A DNA stretch of 64,000 nt from an uncultured Acidobacteriota bacterium (GTDB taxonomy: Bacteria > Acidobacteriota > JAAYUB01), in contig CAYPNP010000011.1 of assembly GCA_964412195.1 (NCBI GenBank), positions 63,881 to 127,880 on the forward strand, in the 5' to 3' direction. A model generated the notes under the pieces. It was not told where the DNA came from and made no database searches. It saw nothing but the letters and a program-made list of their open reading frames with translations. Shown here piece after piece: positions 54,353 through 64,000 of this stretch. How positions within the stretch are numbered: position 1 is the stretch's first letter; every line of letters starts with the position of its first letter. Made by a program: the position numbers and the translations under genes.

Positions 54353-55411
54353 ATGTTCCACGCGAAAGCATATTCCGCAGCCAGCGCGACGTCGCCGCTA
54401 GTCTCCTCGAAGATCCCGCGGCGCGAGCCGACCGACCGCGACGTACAGATCGAAATCCTGTTCTGCGGCATCTGCCATTCCGACCTTCACTACGCGCGCG
54501 ACGAGTGGCATCACGTGTTGCCCGCGGTCTACCCGTGCGTGCCGGGCCACGAAATCGTCGGCCGGGTCACGAAGGTCGGTTCCGCGGTCACGAAATTCAA
54601 GCCGGGCGACCTGGCGGGCGTCGGCTGCCTGGTCGATTCGGACCGGACCTGCCCCCATTGCCGGGAGGGCCTGGAGCAGTTCTGCCCCAACATGGTCCTC
54701 ACCTACGGCTCCCCGGACAAGCACCTCGGCGGAGTCACTTACGGCGGGTACTCCGACAGCATCGTGGTCGACGAGAGCTTCACCCTACGCATCCCGCCCA
54801 ACCTCGCCCTGGCCGGAGCAGCGCCGCTGCTCTGCGCCGGCATCACGACGTACTCGCCCCTGCGCCACTGGGGCGTCACCAAGGGCAAGAAGGTGGGCGT
54901 GGTGGGCCTGGGCGGCCTGGGACACATGGCCGTGAAGATCGCCCACGCGATGGGAGCCCACGTCGTTGTCTTCACCACTTCGCCGGGCAAGAAGGAGGAC
55001 GCGCTGCGCCTCGGCGCCGACGAGGTCGTCCTCTCCCGCAACGCCGACGAGATGGGGAAGCACGCCGGCAGTTTTGACTTCATCCTCGACGCCGTCTCCG
55101 CGGAGCACGACCTCAACGCCTACATCCTGCTCCTCCGCCGCGACGGCAACCTGACACTGGTCGGCGCGCCGGCGATGCCCCTGCCCGTGGCGACGTTCGG
55201 CCTGATCTTCGGGCGCCGCAGCCTCTCCGGCTCGCTCATCGGCGGGATCCCCGAGACCCAGGAGATGCTCGACTTCTGCGGCGCCCACCACATCACCGCC
55301 GACGTCGAGGTCATCCCCATCCAGAAGATCAACGAGGCCTACGCGCGGATGCTCAGGTCCGACGTGAAGTACCGCTTCTCCATCGACATGGCGTCGCTGA
55401 AATCGGAGTGA
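54353..55411 (+). CDS. Zn-dependent NADP alcohol dehydrogenase (YahK/AdhC-like)
   Basis: CGICHSD, GHEIVG, GGYS, LLCAGITTYSPL, GLGGLGHM. Confidence 0.95.
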   Translation: MFHAKAYSAASATSPLVSSKIPRREPTDRDVQIEILFCGICHSDLHYARDEWHHVLPAVYPCVPGHEIVGRVTKVGSAVTKFKPGDLAGVGCLVDSDRTCPHCREGLEQFCPNMVLTYGSPDKHLGGVTYGGYSDSIVVDESFTLRIPPNLALAGAAPLLCAGITTYSPLRHWGVTKGKKVGVVGLGGLGHMAVKIAHAMGAHVVVFTTSPGKKEDALRLGADEVVLSRNADEMGKHAGSFDFILDAVSAEHDLNAYILLLRRDGNLTLVGAPAMPLPVATFGLIFGRRSLSGSLIGGIPETQEMLDFCGAHHITADVEVIPIQKINEAYARMLRSDVKYRFSIDMASLKSE

Positions 55412-55452
55412 CCGGCCGGAGAGAGCTCGAGCCCGAAGTTGCGGCGCGATTT

Positions 55453-55610
55453 GACGGAAACGGCGAAACGGCGGTGGGGCGAAACGGCGATACCCAGCCG
55501 TGCCACGGGAAATCGGTACACCGAGCGTCAGGGGCTGGCGCTGGTTGTTACCCATCCCCTACGGTCGGAGTCACCGTTCAGCGTTCGGCGTTCGATGTTC
55601 GCCGTTCAGA
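55453..55610. repeat. AAACGGCG module and CGTTC module between convergent genes
   Basis: aaacggcgaaacggcggtggggcgaaacggcgata; gttcagcgttcggcgttcgatgttcgccgttcaga. Confidence 0.75.
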
Positions 55611-55631
55611 TCGGACGGTGGAAGGAAGCCA

Positions 55632-57614
55632 TCACGGAAACTGCCCGCCGTTGGGCAGGGTCTTGAAGCGGGCCAGCTCCTGCAGGAAGTAGAAGTTCTT
55701 GCCGTGGCAGATCTGGTTGAACTGGTCCAGCCGGAGCACCTCGTCGCTGCTGAGCAGCCCCTGGTTGCGGCTGAGTTCGACGATCTTGCCGAAGTCCTGC
55801 TCCACCAGGTACCGCCCGACCCGCAACGACACCTTCTGCAGCCGGTCCGTGTGGCGGTCGCGGGTGTAGGTCATCTCCAGGTTGTGCATCGATTCGGCTC
55901 CCTGGAAGAAGGACTGCTTCAGGCTGCGGTACAGGCCTTCGATATAAGCGATCACCCGGCCCTCGCCGGGCGACTCGAGGTAGAAATCCTCGTCGATCAC
56001 CCCCAGCTCGAAGATCAGGTCCTCGGTGCTGTCCAGCTTGATCTGGAACCGGGCCGAGGCGTCCTTCTCGTCGTTCTGGAAGCGGATCACCAAGTCCGGG
56101 TCCCGTATGTCGGTGATGGGCGGCAGTTTCTGCGGGACCGGGCGGTCTAGCAGGATGTACTTGCTGCCGGGATCGAAGAGGAACTCCCGCCGCAGTTCCT
56201 GGTTGGACGTCCGGATGGCGTTCACCGACTCCTGCAGGGAGTTCGCCAGGTCCGAGCGGAAGGTGTTGAAGATGGTCGGGAAGGCCTGCGGCGCCACGAT
56301 CTGCGGCTTGCCCTTCTCGTACCAATTCAGCAGGATGTCGTTTACCTCGTCGACGGGCAGGTTCAGAGTGCGGACATTGATCGTCACCGTGTAGAGGTGG
56401 ATTCGGTTGTTGAACTGGACGAAGTAGTCCGGATCGTCGGCCGCGCTGGCCAGGGTAGGGTCGCAGAGGAACCACTGGACGCCGCCGTTCTTCAGCGGCA
56501 GGGCCGCCTCGACCCAGGCGTGGGCGCCGAAGTGGTTGAAGTCGTATAGGTACCCGACGGCCGCCTTGCACGGGATGCCCTGCGCCCGCAGCAGGGTGGT
56601 CAGGACGCGGGTGTAGTCGTCGCAATCCCCGAAGCCCTCGTGAAGGATCTGCGCCGCGGTCCGCTTCATGCTGTTGCGAAAGTACTTGATGTTCGCCGCC
56701 GTGTACCGGTTGAGGCGCTTGACGCCCTCGAACACCCCGGCACCGGCCGTGATGGAGGCCGCCAGATCGATCATCTCCTTCTTCTCGTCCTCCGAGCCGA
56801 AGTCCCGGCCGTTGATCAGCCGCGAGATGCCGACGTACTGGTTGTCGGGGGGCAGGGTGGACACCGGCGCGAACTTCATGGGCGCTTCGGGTTCGTAGTC
56901 CTGCAGGGTGATCACCCCGCCGACGAACACCTGGACCGGTTCCGGCACTGGGGCGGCCTCGCCCTCCGGGGACGGGCGGCTCCGGGCGTTCTCGAGGTCT
57001 TTCTTCGAAACCGGGATCGAGACGACGAAGGTGTCGGAACCCTGGGCGGCCGTCAGGCGGTACGAGACCTTGCGGTTGTTCAGGGAGGCGAATTCCACGC
57101 TCATCTTGGGCTGGAAGATCAGGGGCAGGCGGAAGCTGATCTCCACCGATCCTTCCTCCGGGTTCGCGGTGCGGGGGTAGAGCAGCGTCCGGAGGACGAA
57201 GGGCACGTTGCGTCCGCCGTCGATGGAGCGGATCATCAACTGGGGCGCCTTCTCGGACTCGAACGGCTCCTCGTAGTTCATGAAGATCCGGCCGCTCGCC
57301 AGGATGAAGTTCTTCTCGTCGCGCCGGGTGGCCATCGACCGGACGGTGTGGATGAAGACGGGGCGGCCCAGGGTCAGCACCGGCCCGGCTGACGTGGCGT
57401 GCTCCTCGTCGGAGGTCATGGGGGACCGGACCTTGCCCGTCTGGGGCTGGACCAGCGGATCGACATAGCGTTTGATGATGGAGCCGGGGCCACGGACCGC
57501 GTCCCCGTCCCCGATCACCGGCAGCGGCCCCTTCCCGGGCGACGGGTCGGCGGCCATCGCCGCGGCGAACAGCAGTCCCGCCATGCCTGCCAGCCATCCC
57601 GTTCTGAATTTCAT
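55632..57614 (-). CDS. Exported transglutaminase-like domain protein
   Basis: Signal peptide; Cys-His-Asp triad GDCDDY..LRAQGIP, HAWVE, CDPT. Confidence 0.85.
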   Translation of the reverse strand: MKFRTGWLAGMAGLLFAAAMAADPSPGKGPLPVIGDGDAVRGPGSIIKRYVDPLVQPQTGKVRSPMTSDEEHATSAGPVLTLGRPVFIHTVRSMATRRDEKNFILASGRIFMNYEEPFESEKAPQLMIRSIDGGRNVPFVLRTLLYPRTANPEEGSVEISFRLPLIFQPKMSVEFASLNNRKVSYRLTAAQGSDTFVVSIPVSKKDLENARSRPSPEGEAAPVPEPVQVFVGGVITLQDYEPEAPMKFAPVSTLPPDNQYVGISRLINGRDFGSEDEKKEMIDLAASITAGAGVFEGVKRLNRYTAANIKYFRNSMKRTAAQILHEGFGDCDDYTRVLTTLLRAQGIPCKAAVGYLYDFNHFGAHAWVEAALPLKNGGVQWFLCDPTLASAADDPDYFVQFNNRIHLYTVTINVRTLNLPVDEVNDILLNWYEKGKPQIVAPQAFPTIFNTFRSDLANSLQESVNAIRTSNQELRREFLFDPGSKYILLDRPVPQKLPPITDIRDPDLVIRFQNDEKDASARFQIKLDSTEDLIFELGVIDEDFYLESPGEGRVIAYIEGLYRSLKQSFFQGAESMHNLEMTYTRDRHTDRLQKVSLRVGRYLVEQDFGKIVELSRNQGLLSSDEVLRLDQFNQICHGKNFYFLQELARFKTLPNGGQFP

Positions 57615-57736
57615 GCGGCCTTCCTCTGCCGTGGATTCCAGCCCCTCACCTTACCACGGGCCTGCGCCGGGTGTCAAATCGGTCGCCTTCTACGGCCGGC
57701 GTTCGGGAATCGACGCATGCCCCGCCGGGTGTGTCT

Positions 57737-58525
57737 TCAATTCCGCGGCAGATCCTCCGCCTCGATGCCGGCGCGCGTCCCGGGCCGGCCGTCCAACAAC
57801 GCCAGAATCTCGGCGTACCCCAGGCGCCCGGCAAGACCGGCGGCCGTTTCGCCCCGGTCGTCCCGGGCGGACCGGTCGGCGCCGCGCTCCAGCAGCCAGC
57901 GGACGGCTTCCGTCCGCCCGTTGCCGCACGCCACCATCAGCGGGGTGGCGCCGCCCTCCATCCTGGCCTCGACGCGGGCGCCCCGCTCCACCAGGAGCCC
58001 CGCCACTCCCAGGTAGCCTCCGCTGACCGCCGCCATGAGCGCCGTCCAGCCGATGTCCGAGGCTGCGTTCGGGTCCGCGCCCCGCTCCAGGAGCGCTTCC
58101 ACCGCGGCCCGGTGCCCGCCGACCGCGGCGTACATCAGCGCCGTGTAGCCGTCCTTGCGGCGCCCGTCCGCCGAAGCCCCCCGGTCCAGCAGCCTCCGCA
58201 CGACGCCCGCATGCCCCCGCCCGGCGGCGGCCATCAACGCTGTGACGCCGCCGGGACCGGTTGCATCGACGGCGGCTCCCGCGTCCAGCAGGCGCACGAC
58301 GATCTCCTCCCCACCCAGCCAGGCGGCCAAGACCAGCGGGGTCAAGCCGTTGGCGGCGCGGACCTCCACGTCGGCCCCTTCTCGGAGCAGTCGCTCCACA
58401 CATTCGGTCTGTCCTTTCCGCACCGCGTCGAACAGGTCGCTTTGGTCCTCCACCGTTTCACCGGCGGCCAACGTCCACGCAAATGCCGCCGCGAGCCATA
58501 GCCAACCGATCTGCTTCATGCTCAT
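57737..58525 (-). CDS. Exported ankyrin-repeat protein
   Basis: About six G.T(P/A)L(M/V).A..G...V..LL..GAD repeats; signal peptide. Confidence 0.93.
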   Translation of the reverse strand: MSMKQIGWLWLAAAFAWTLAAGETVEDQSDLFDAVRKGQTECVERLLREGADVEVRAANGLTPLVLAAWLGGEEIVVRLLDAGAAVDATGPGGVTALMAAAGRGHAGVVRRLLDRGASADGRRKDGYTALMYAAVGGHRAAVEALLERGADPNAASDIGWTALMAAVSGGYLGVAGLLVERGARVEARMEGGATPLMVACGNGRTEAVRWLLERGADRSARDDRGETAAGLAGRLGYAEILALLDGRPGTRAGIEAEDLPRN

Positions 58526-58702
58526 GTCGACACCTCCCGTTCAAGTTGAATTTGCACCCAATCAAACGGAGACGGCGGTAAGTGTTCCGAAAAAAGTGGA
58601 GGGCAACGGCATTTTTTATCCTCGGGACCGGGAAGGAAACCGGTTGACAATCCCCTCACGGGAAGCGAGGATACAGGGGAGACCGGTTTGGGATCGCACC
58701 GA

Positions 58703-59959
58703 ATGGCTTCCTGGCGGGACAACCTGCGTCGCCACCTCCTGGACGGACCTCTCCGAGCCCTGCACGCCCGGAATTTCCGCATTTTCTACATCGGCCAGGC
58801 TGTTTCCCTGGTCGGCACCTGGATGACCCGCGTGGCCATGGGCTGGCTCGTCTATCGCCTCACCGATTCTGCTTTTCTGCTGGGAGTAGTGGGATTCGCC
58901 GGTCAGATCCCCGCCTTCTTCCTGGCACCCATCGCCGGCTGGCTGGCGGACCGGCTGAGCAAGTGGCGGATCCTGGTGGTCACCCAGACGCTCGCGATGC
59001 TCCAGTCGTTCGCCCTGGCGGCGCTCACGCTGACCGGCGCCGTCCGCATCTGGCACCTGGTGGCACTGGCCGCCTTCCAGGGCTTCGTGGACGCATTCGA
59101 CATGACCACCCGCCAGTCGTTCGTGGTGGAGATGGTGGACCGCCGGGAGGACCTGCCCAACGCCATCGCCCTCAATTCCATGTCCTTCAACGCCGCCCGG
59201 ATGATCGGGCCCTCGGTGGCCGGCATCCTGATCGGGGTGTGGAACGAGGGGGCCTGCTTCCTGATCGACGGCGTCAGCTACCTGGCGGTGATCGTGTCGC
59301 TGTTCCGGATGTCCGTCCCGCCGTTCATCGCGGCCTCCGGCGCGCCTTCGCTGCGACGGGGCCTGGGCGAGGGCTTCCGGTACGCCTTCACGCACCCGAC
59401 GATCCGGTCGGTGTTGCTCAGCATCGCCCTGCTGGGGACGGTGGGCATGTCCTACAGCGTGATCATGCCGGTGATCGCCCGGGACGTGCTCCACGGCGAG
59501 GCGCACACCTTGGGGTTCCTGCTGTCGTCCGTCGGCGTGGGCGCCCTGGCCGGCGGAGTCTACCTGGCCTCCACGCGGTCCGTCAGCGGCCTGGGCGCGC
59601 GGATCAGCGTCGCCGCCCTCGCCGGCGGGTTCTGGCTGGCGGGCTTGGGGCTCTCCCGGACCATGTGGCTGTCCATGGCCCTGATGTTCCTGATTGGCCT
59701 CAGCTTCATGGTCCAGATGGCCTCCGGCAACACCTTCATCCAGACGACCGTCACCGACGACAAGCGCGGCCGGGTGATGAGCCTGTACACTATGGCGTTC
59801 ATGGGCTCGGCCCCGCTGGGCAGCCTGCTCACCGGCCAGGTGACGCAGCGCTTCGGTGCTCCCGCCACCTGCCTGCTGGGCGGCGCGATCTACCTGGCCT
59901 GTTCGCTGTTGCTGGCGCGGGAGTTCCGCCGCGGCCAATCACGGACCGGTGACGGATGA
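58703..59959 (+). CDS. MFS transporter (MFS_3 / DHA3-like)
   Basis: RNFRIFYIGQAVSLVGTWM, GWLADR, NAIALNSMSFNAARMIGP, RGRVMS; about 12 TM helices. Confidence 0.93.
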   Translation: MASWRDNLRRHLLDGPLRALHARNFRIFYIGQAVSLVGTWMTRVAMGWLVYRLTDSAFLLGVVGFAGQIPAFFLAPIAGWLADRLSKWRILVVTQTLAMLQSFALAALTLTGAVRIWHLVALAAFQGFVDAFDMTTRQSFVVEMVDRREDLPNAIALNSMSFNAARMIGPSVAGILIGVWNEGACFLIDGVSYLAVIVSLFRMSVPPFIAASGAPSLRRGLGEGFRYAFTHPTIRSVLLSIALLGTVGMSYSVIMPVIARDVLHGEAHTLGFLLSSVGVGALAGGVYLASTRSVSGLGARISVAALAGGFWLAGLGLSRTMWLSMALMFLIGLSFMVQMASGNTFIQTTVTDDKRGRVMSLYTMAFMGSAPLGSLLTGQVTQRFGAPATCLLGGAIYLACSLLLAREFRRGQSRTGDG

Positions 59960-60041
59960 CGGGTGACCGGTGACGGTCGATGGTGACGGGGGATAGAAGT
60001 TAGATCGCATTCACCGGTCTTCGGTCACCGATCATCCGTCA
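59940..60041. repeat. GTGACGG/CGGTCAC inverted array overlapping the MFS stop codon
   Basis: ggtgacggatgacgggtgaccggtgacgg ... tcaccggtcttcggtcaccgatcatccgtca. Confidence 0.8.
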
Positions 60042-60105
60042 GATTCCCATTGTCCCGGCCGGCGGCAGGTGGCTATAATGCCTCCTCATCAGGAGGAGTC
60101 GAGCG

Positions 60106-61047
60106 ATGCGGATCGTTTTCATGGGCACCCCCGAGTTCGCCGTGCCGTCCCTGGCCGCCCTGGTGGACGCCGGGGAAGAGGTGGCGGCCGTCGTCACCCA
60201 GCCCGACCGGCCGGCGGGCCGCGAGCTGCACCTGACCCCACCGCCGGTGAAGGTCTGGGCCGCCCCCCGGGGCCTGCCCGTGCTCCAGCCGGCGACGCTC
60301 AAGGACCCGGCGGCCCGGGAGGCGATCCTCGGCCTGAAACCCGACCTGCTGGTGGTGGCCGCCTACGGCCACCTCCTCCCCTCCGTCCTGCTCGACACCC
60401 CGCCGCTCGGCGCCCTCAACGTCCACGCCTCTCTCCTGCCGAAGTATCGCGGCGCCGCGCCGATCCACTGGGCCATCATGCTGGGCGAAAAGGAGACCGG
60501 CATCTCCGTCATCCGGCTGGCCCGGGAGCTGGACGCGGGCGACATCCTGTTGCAGTCCCACGAGCCGATCTGGCCCGACGACACGGCCGGCAGCCTGCAC
60601 GATCGGCTGATGCGCCGGGGGGCGCGCTGCCTGCTCGAGGCGGTGGGCCTCCTGAAGGAGGGCCGGGCCGCGTGGACCCGCCAGGACCCCGCGCGGGTCA
60701 CTTTCGCCCCGGCCCTGAGCCGCGACCAGGCACGATTGGACTGGGCCCGCCCGGCCCCCGTCTGCCACGATTTCATCCGCGGGCTGAGCCCCTGGCCGGT
60801 GGCGTTCACTGCCTTCCGCGGCCAGCCCTGCAAGATCTGGCGCTCTACGCCTCCGCGGGGGGAGCCGGGACCCGGCTATGCCCTCCAGCCGGGCCGCATG
60901 CTCGCCACCGCCAGCGCCCTTAGGGTCCAATGCGGAGACGGCGGCTGGCTGGACCTCCTGGAGCTGCAGGTCCCCGGACGGCGGGTGATCTCCGGCGCCG
61001 AGTTCGCCCACGGCTTCCACATCCTGGAAGGGGACCGGTTTGAGTAA
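60106..61047 (+). CDS. fmt: Methionyl-tRNA formyltransferase
   Basis: FMGTPEFA, VVTQPDRPAGR, NVHASLLPKYRGAAPI. Confidence 0.97.
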   Translation: MRIVFMGTPEFAVPSLAALVDAGEEVAAVVTQPDRPAGRELHLTPPPVKVWAAPRGLPVLQPATLKDPAAREAILGLKPDLLVVAAYGHLLPSVLLDTPPLGALNVHASLLPKYRGAAPIHWAIMLGEKETGISVIRLARELDAGDILLQSHEPIWPDDTAGSLHDRLMRRGARCLLEAVGLLKEGRAAWTRQDPARVTFAPALSRDQARLDWARPAPVCHDFIRGLSPWPVAFTAFRGQPCKIWRSTPPRGEPGPGYALQPGRMLATASALRVQCGDGGWLDLLELQVPGRRVISGAEFAHGFHILEGDRFE

Positions 61048-62383
61048 GCCGCGCCGTCCCAATGCCCGGTCGCTGGCGGCCCGTTTCCTGGATGAGATCT
61101 TCCGCAAGGGAAGAATCCCCGAGCAGCTCGGCCAGGAGGACGACTTCCGCGCCTTGAGTCCGGGCGACCGGGCGCTCTGCCACGAGCTGGTGCTCGGCAG
61201 CCTGCGCCACTTGTCCCTGCTGGACGCCGTCCTCGGCCGGTTCTGCCGCCGGCCGATCCGCCACCTGGACCCGCGCCTGCAGCAGGTCCTCCGCGTGGCC
61301 GCCTACCAGCTGCTGCGGCTGGAGCGCGTGCCAGGCTACGCGGCCGTCAACGAGGCCGTGGCCGAAGCCCGGGCCGGCGGCTTCGACCGGCAGGCCGGCT
61401 TCGTCAACGCCGTGCTGCGGCAGGTGGCCGACATCCACGATCCGGCGGGATTTCTGCAACTGGATGCGGATTCCGCCGGGAGCCTGGCCACCCTGAACTC
61501 CCACCCGCTGTTCCTGGTCGAGCGATGGTTGGAGCAGCATCCCGCCGCCGCCGTGCGGGCCTGGCTGGAGCGGTCCGGACGGCCGCCGGCCCACTTCCTG
61601 ACCGTGAACACCAGGAAAACGACCTTGGAGGAATTTCTGGCCGCGTGCCGGGAACGCGGAGCCGAGGCCGCCCCGGCCGGCCCGGGCCTGCCGGTGGCGG
61701 AGGTGCCGGGTTCGCTGCTGCCGCTGGAGCCCCTCCTGTCCGGCGGGCTCGCCTTCCCGCAGGACCTGTGGTCCCATGCCGTGACCGCCCTGGTCCCGGA
61801 CGCCGGCTACCGCCGGATCCTGGACCTCTGCGCCGCGCCCGGCGGCAAGACCTTCGCCCTGGCCCTGCGTTTCCCGGCGGCAGAGCTGTGCGCCATGGAC
61901 GTCAGCCCGGTCCGCCTGCGGATCATGGCCGAACGGGCCGCGGTGCTGGGCCTGGACCGGATCGCGCTGCTGGCCGGCGACGCCGCCGATCCGCCGCTGC
62001 CGGCGGGCGGTTGGGACCTGGTCCTGGTGGACGCCCCCTGCTCCGGCACCGGGACGCTGCAGCGCAACCCGGACCTGCGCTGGCGGCTCGTGCCCGAGGA
62101 ATTCCTCCGGCAGGCCCACCGCCAGCGCCGCATCCTGGCTGCCGCCGCCGAGCGGGTCGCCCCCGGCGGCCGGCTGGTCTACTCCACCTGTTCGGCCGAG
62201 CCGGAGGAGAACCAGGCGGTGGTGGAAGGTTTCCTGGCCGGCCCCACCGGCTCCGGTTTCGCCGTCGAACCGGTGGACGACCGCTGGGCGGACTTCCGCA
62301 CGCCCGAGGGATACTTCCAGACTTTCCCCCGCGCCGACCGGGGCGAGGGCTTCTTCGCCGCCCTCCTCAAACGTCGAGACTAA
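61040..62383 (+). CDS. rsmB: 16S rRNA m5C967 methyltransferase
   Basis: NusB-like N-domain (AVNEAV..FVNAVLR), DLCAAPGGKT, DAPCSGTG, YSTCS. Confidence 0.95.
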   Translation: MSKPRRPNARSLAARFLDEIFRKGRIPEQLGQEDDFRALSPGDRALCHELVLGSLRHLSLLDAVLGRFCRRPIRHLDPRLQQVLRVAAYQLLRLERVPGYAAVNEAVAEARAGGFDRQAGFVNAVLRQVADIHDPAGFLQLDADSAGSLATLNSHPLFLVERWLEQHPAAAVRAWLERSGRPPAHFLTVNTRKTTLEEFLAACRERGAEAAPAGPGLPVAEVPGSLLPLEPLLSGGLAFPQDLWSHAVTALVPDAGYRRILDLCAAPGGKTFALALRFPAAELCAMDVSPVRLRIMAERAAVLGLDRIALLAGDAADPPLPAGGWDLVLVDAPCSGTGTLQRNPDLRWRLVPEEFLRQAHRQRRILAAAAERVAPGGRLVYSTCSAEPEENQAVVEGFLAGPTGSGFAVEPVDDRWADFRTPEGYFQTFPRADRGEGFFAALLKRRD

Positions 62384-62388
62384 ATCAC

Positions 62389-62481
62389 TCACCACAAAGC
62401 CACAAAGGGCACAAAGAAAATCTTTCTGATTGGTATTCCATCAATAATGTTCTTCGTGTCCTTTGTGCCTTTGTGGTGAAA
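62389..62481. repeat. CACAAAG/CTTTGTG inverted array between convergent genes
   Basis: tcaccacaaagccacaaagggcacaaagaa ... ttcttcgtgtcctttgtgcctttgtggtga. Confidence 0.85.
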
Positions 62482-64000
62482 TCAGTTGGAGGGGAAATGA
62501 CGGAGGAAGGTGCGGTTGATCTCCACTTCCTCTTCCACCCGGCGGCGGTAGGCCTCGGACAGGTCGTTTCCGCCGGCCAGGTAGGCCCGGCCGGAGCGCG
62601 GGTGGCCGTACAGGGCTTCTGCCAGCCGGTCGAATTCGCCCGGCTCCTCCGGTAACTCGAAGAGGAGGTCCAGCTCCTCGGGAAGCAGCGGCAGCCAGCG
62701 CCGCCAGACGGCGGCGGGCACCCGCTGGAACAGGCGCACGGAGAACTCCCGGACCGGGTCGTCGCGATAGAGGTGCAGCCGGGTCCAGTAGTGCTCCCGG
62801 CCACGGAAGGCCGCGCGAATCGCCCGGCCGGCCTCCTCCGGCATCGGCCCCGGACCGCTGACCACCAACCGGGCCAGGCCGAAAGGACATTTCCGGCGGT
62901 AAGCCTGCCCCGCTCTCTCAAGGCTCGACAGGCCGCCCCCCCAGTCGCCGACCTCCACCTCGAGCGTCACCGCCCACGCCAACCGATCGGCCACGGCGAG
63001 CAGCCTGTCCGGCGCGTCGGGATCCGAGGCGTCCAGGGCCAGTCGGGTCAGGAACGGCGACACGGCGTCCCCCTCCCCGTACGGGGCGATGTCGACGTAG
63101 TGATCGCGGCCCAGGACCTCCTCCACTTCGTAGACGCCCTGCAGCAGCCGGGCCTCGTCCCAGCCCCCGCCGGAGCGGAGGAAGTACGGCGGCCGGTCCT
63201 GGAAATCCCACCCCTCGGCGAGGGCCCGGTCGCGCAGCGCCGTGCCCGGCAGGAGGCTCAGAAGGAAGACCGCCGCCTCGCCGTCCAGGCCGTGGCGCTC
63301 CAGCCAGCGCAGGGTCCGGGAGAATCCCGTCAGGTCGTCCCCGGGCAGGCCGAGGATCACCCCCGCCTCCACCACCACACCGGCTTCCCGCAGGGCGGCC
63401 GCGCCCCGGGCGAAAGCGGCCCGGTCCAGCCGGCGGCCCACCCCGGCGCAGACCGGGCGGTGAATGGACTGCAGGCCGGCCTCCACGGAGGCGAAGCCGG
63501 CCCGGGCGAATCCGGCCGCCTTCAGGACGTCGATGCCCTCGAGCCGCGTTTCGGTGTGCAGCGGGATCCCGGCGGCGTTCCACCGGGCGAGATCCTCCAG
63601 GCGGGACTCCAGACGGCGCGGGACGTTGAAGGTGGGGTCGAGCAGGTACGCGTCGCGCACCCCCGCCGCGCCGGCCCAGCGGAAGAAGGCGGCCAGCGAC
63701 TCGTCCGCGTGGCGGCGCACGCCGGCGGCGTTCTTGGAGTAGAAACAGTAGTGGCAGCCGTAGGGGCAGCCGCGAGTGACCTCCAGCAGGCAGTTTCCGC
63801 CAGGGCCGGGCGGGAGGAGGCCGGTGGAGTACGGGTCGCGCAGCCGGGACAGGTCCGCCAGCGGCGGAGCCTCGATCCGCGGCGGCCGGTCCCCGCCGCC
63901 GTCCAGCGCCGCCAGGGCCGGCGGCAAGCCGGTCTCGCCTTCCCCGATCACGAACGCGTCGACGGCGTCGTCTTCCAGCCAGGGGCAGCCGGCCGTGATC
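62482..64000 (-). CDS. Radical SAM protein, probably B12-binding class; 5' end outside the window
   Basis: LEVTRGCPYGCHYC, GLQSIH, ILGLPGD, upstream IGEGE motif. Frame runs to the window edge. Confidence 0.85.
   Translation of the reverse strand, partial: ITAGCPWLEDDAVDAFVIGEGETGLPPALAALDGGGDRPPRIEAPPLADLSRLRDPYSTGLLPPGPGGNCLLEVTRGCPYGCHYCFYSKNAAGVRRHADESLAAFFRWAGAAGVRDAYLLDPTFNVPRRLESRLEDLARWNAAGIPLHTETRLEGIDVLKAAGFARAGFASVEAGLQSIHRPVCAGVGRRLDRAAFARGAAALREAGVVVEAGVILGLPGDDLTGFSRTLRWLERHGLDGEAAVFLLSLLPGTALRDRALAEGWDFQDRPPYFLRSGGGWDEARLLQGVYEVEEVLGRDHYVDIAPYGEGDAVSPFLTRLALDASDPDAPDRLLAVADRLAWAVTLEVEVGDWGGGLSSLERAGQAYRRKCPFGLARLVVSGPGPMPEEAGRAIRAAFRGREHYWTRLHLYRDDPVREFSVRLFQRVPAAVWRRWLPLLPEELDLLFELPEEPGEFDRLAEALYGHPRSGRAYLAGGNDLSEAYRRRVEEEVEINRTFLRHFPSN

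Overview
A 64 kb stretch of a GC-rich diderm bacterial chromosome, with about 55 protein genes and no rRNA, tRNA, CRISPR array or transposase. An Acidobacteriota-like host is inferred from the Oar-type TonB-dependent receptor, the TonB paralogues and the secreted-protein repertoire. Recognisable modules are: (1) an ahbD-hemE-hemH-hemG/Y heme cluster; (2) a membrane-bound group-1 [NiFe]-hydrogenase operon carrying both extra cysteines of O2-tolerant enzymes; (3) a signal-peptide-bearing Ni-SOD; (4) a Fur/PerR-peroxiredoxin-ferritin-rubrerythrin cluster behind a Fur box; (5) split atuA plus an enoyl-CoA hydratase; (6) transketolase, fmt-rsmB and a DEAD-box helicase. The best candidate for a new system is at 2.6-5.5 kb. 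There, a radical SAM/SPASM enzyme with an RRE-like N-terminus sits directly upstream of a Tat-exported 7-bladed WD40 protein that has a long pre-Tat extension and a 9-Cys C-terminal tail. This looks like a RiPP-type maturase acting on a core fused to a folded, exported protein. The second major signal is a pervasive family of intergenic elements built from degenerate 6-10 nt tandem units arranged as nested inverted repeats. They overlap stop codons, appear to have inserted in frame into genes, and one unit lies inside a four-helix-bundle gene. Also present are GTAG-type REP doublets and a possible cohesin-dockerin pair. All product calls come from reading motifs by eye; no database search was run.
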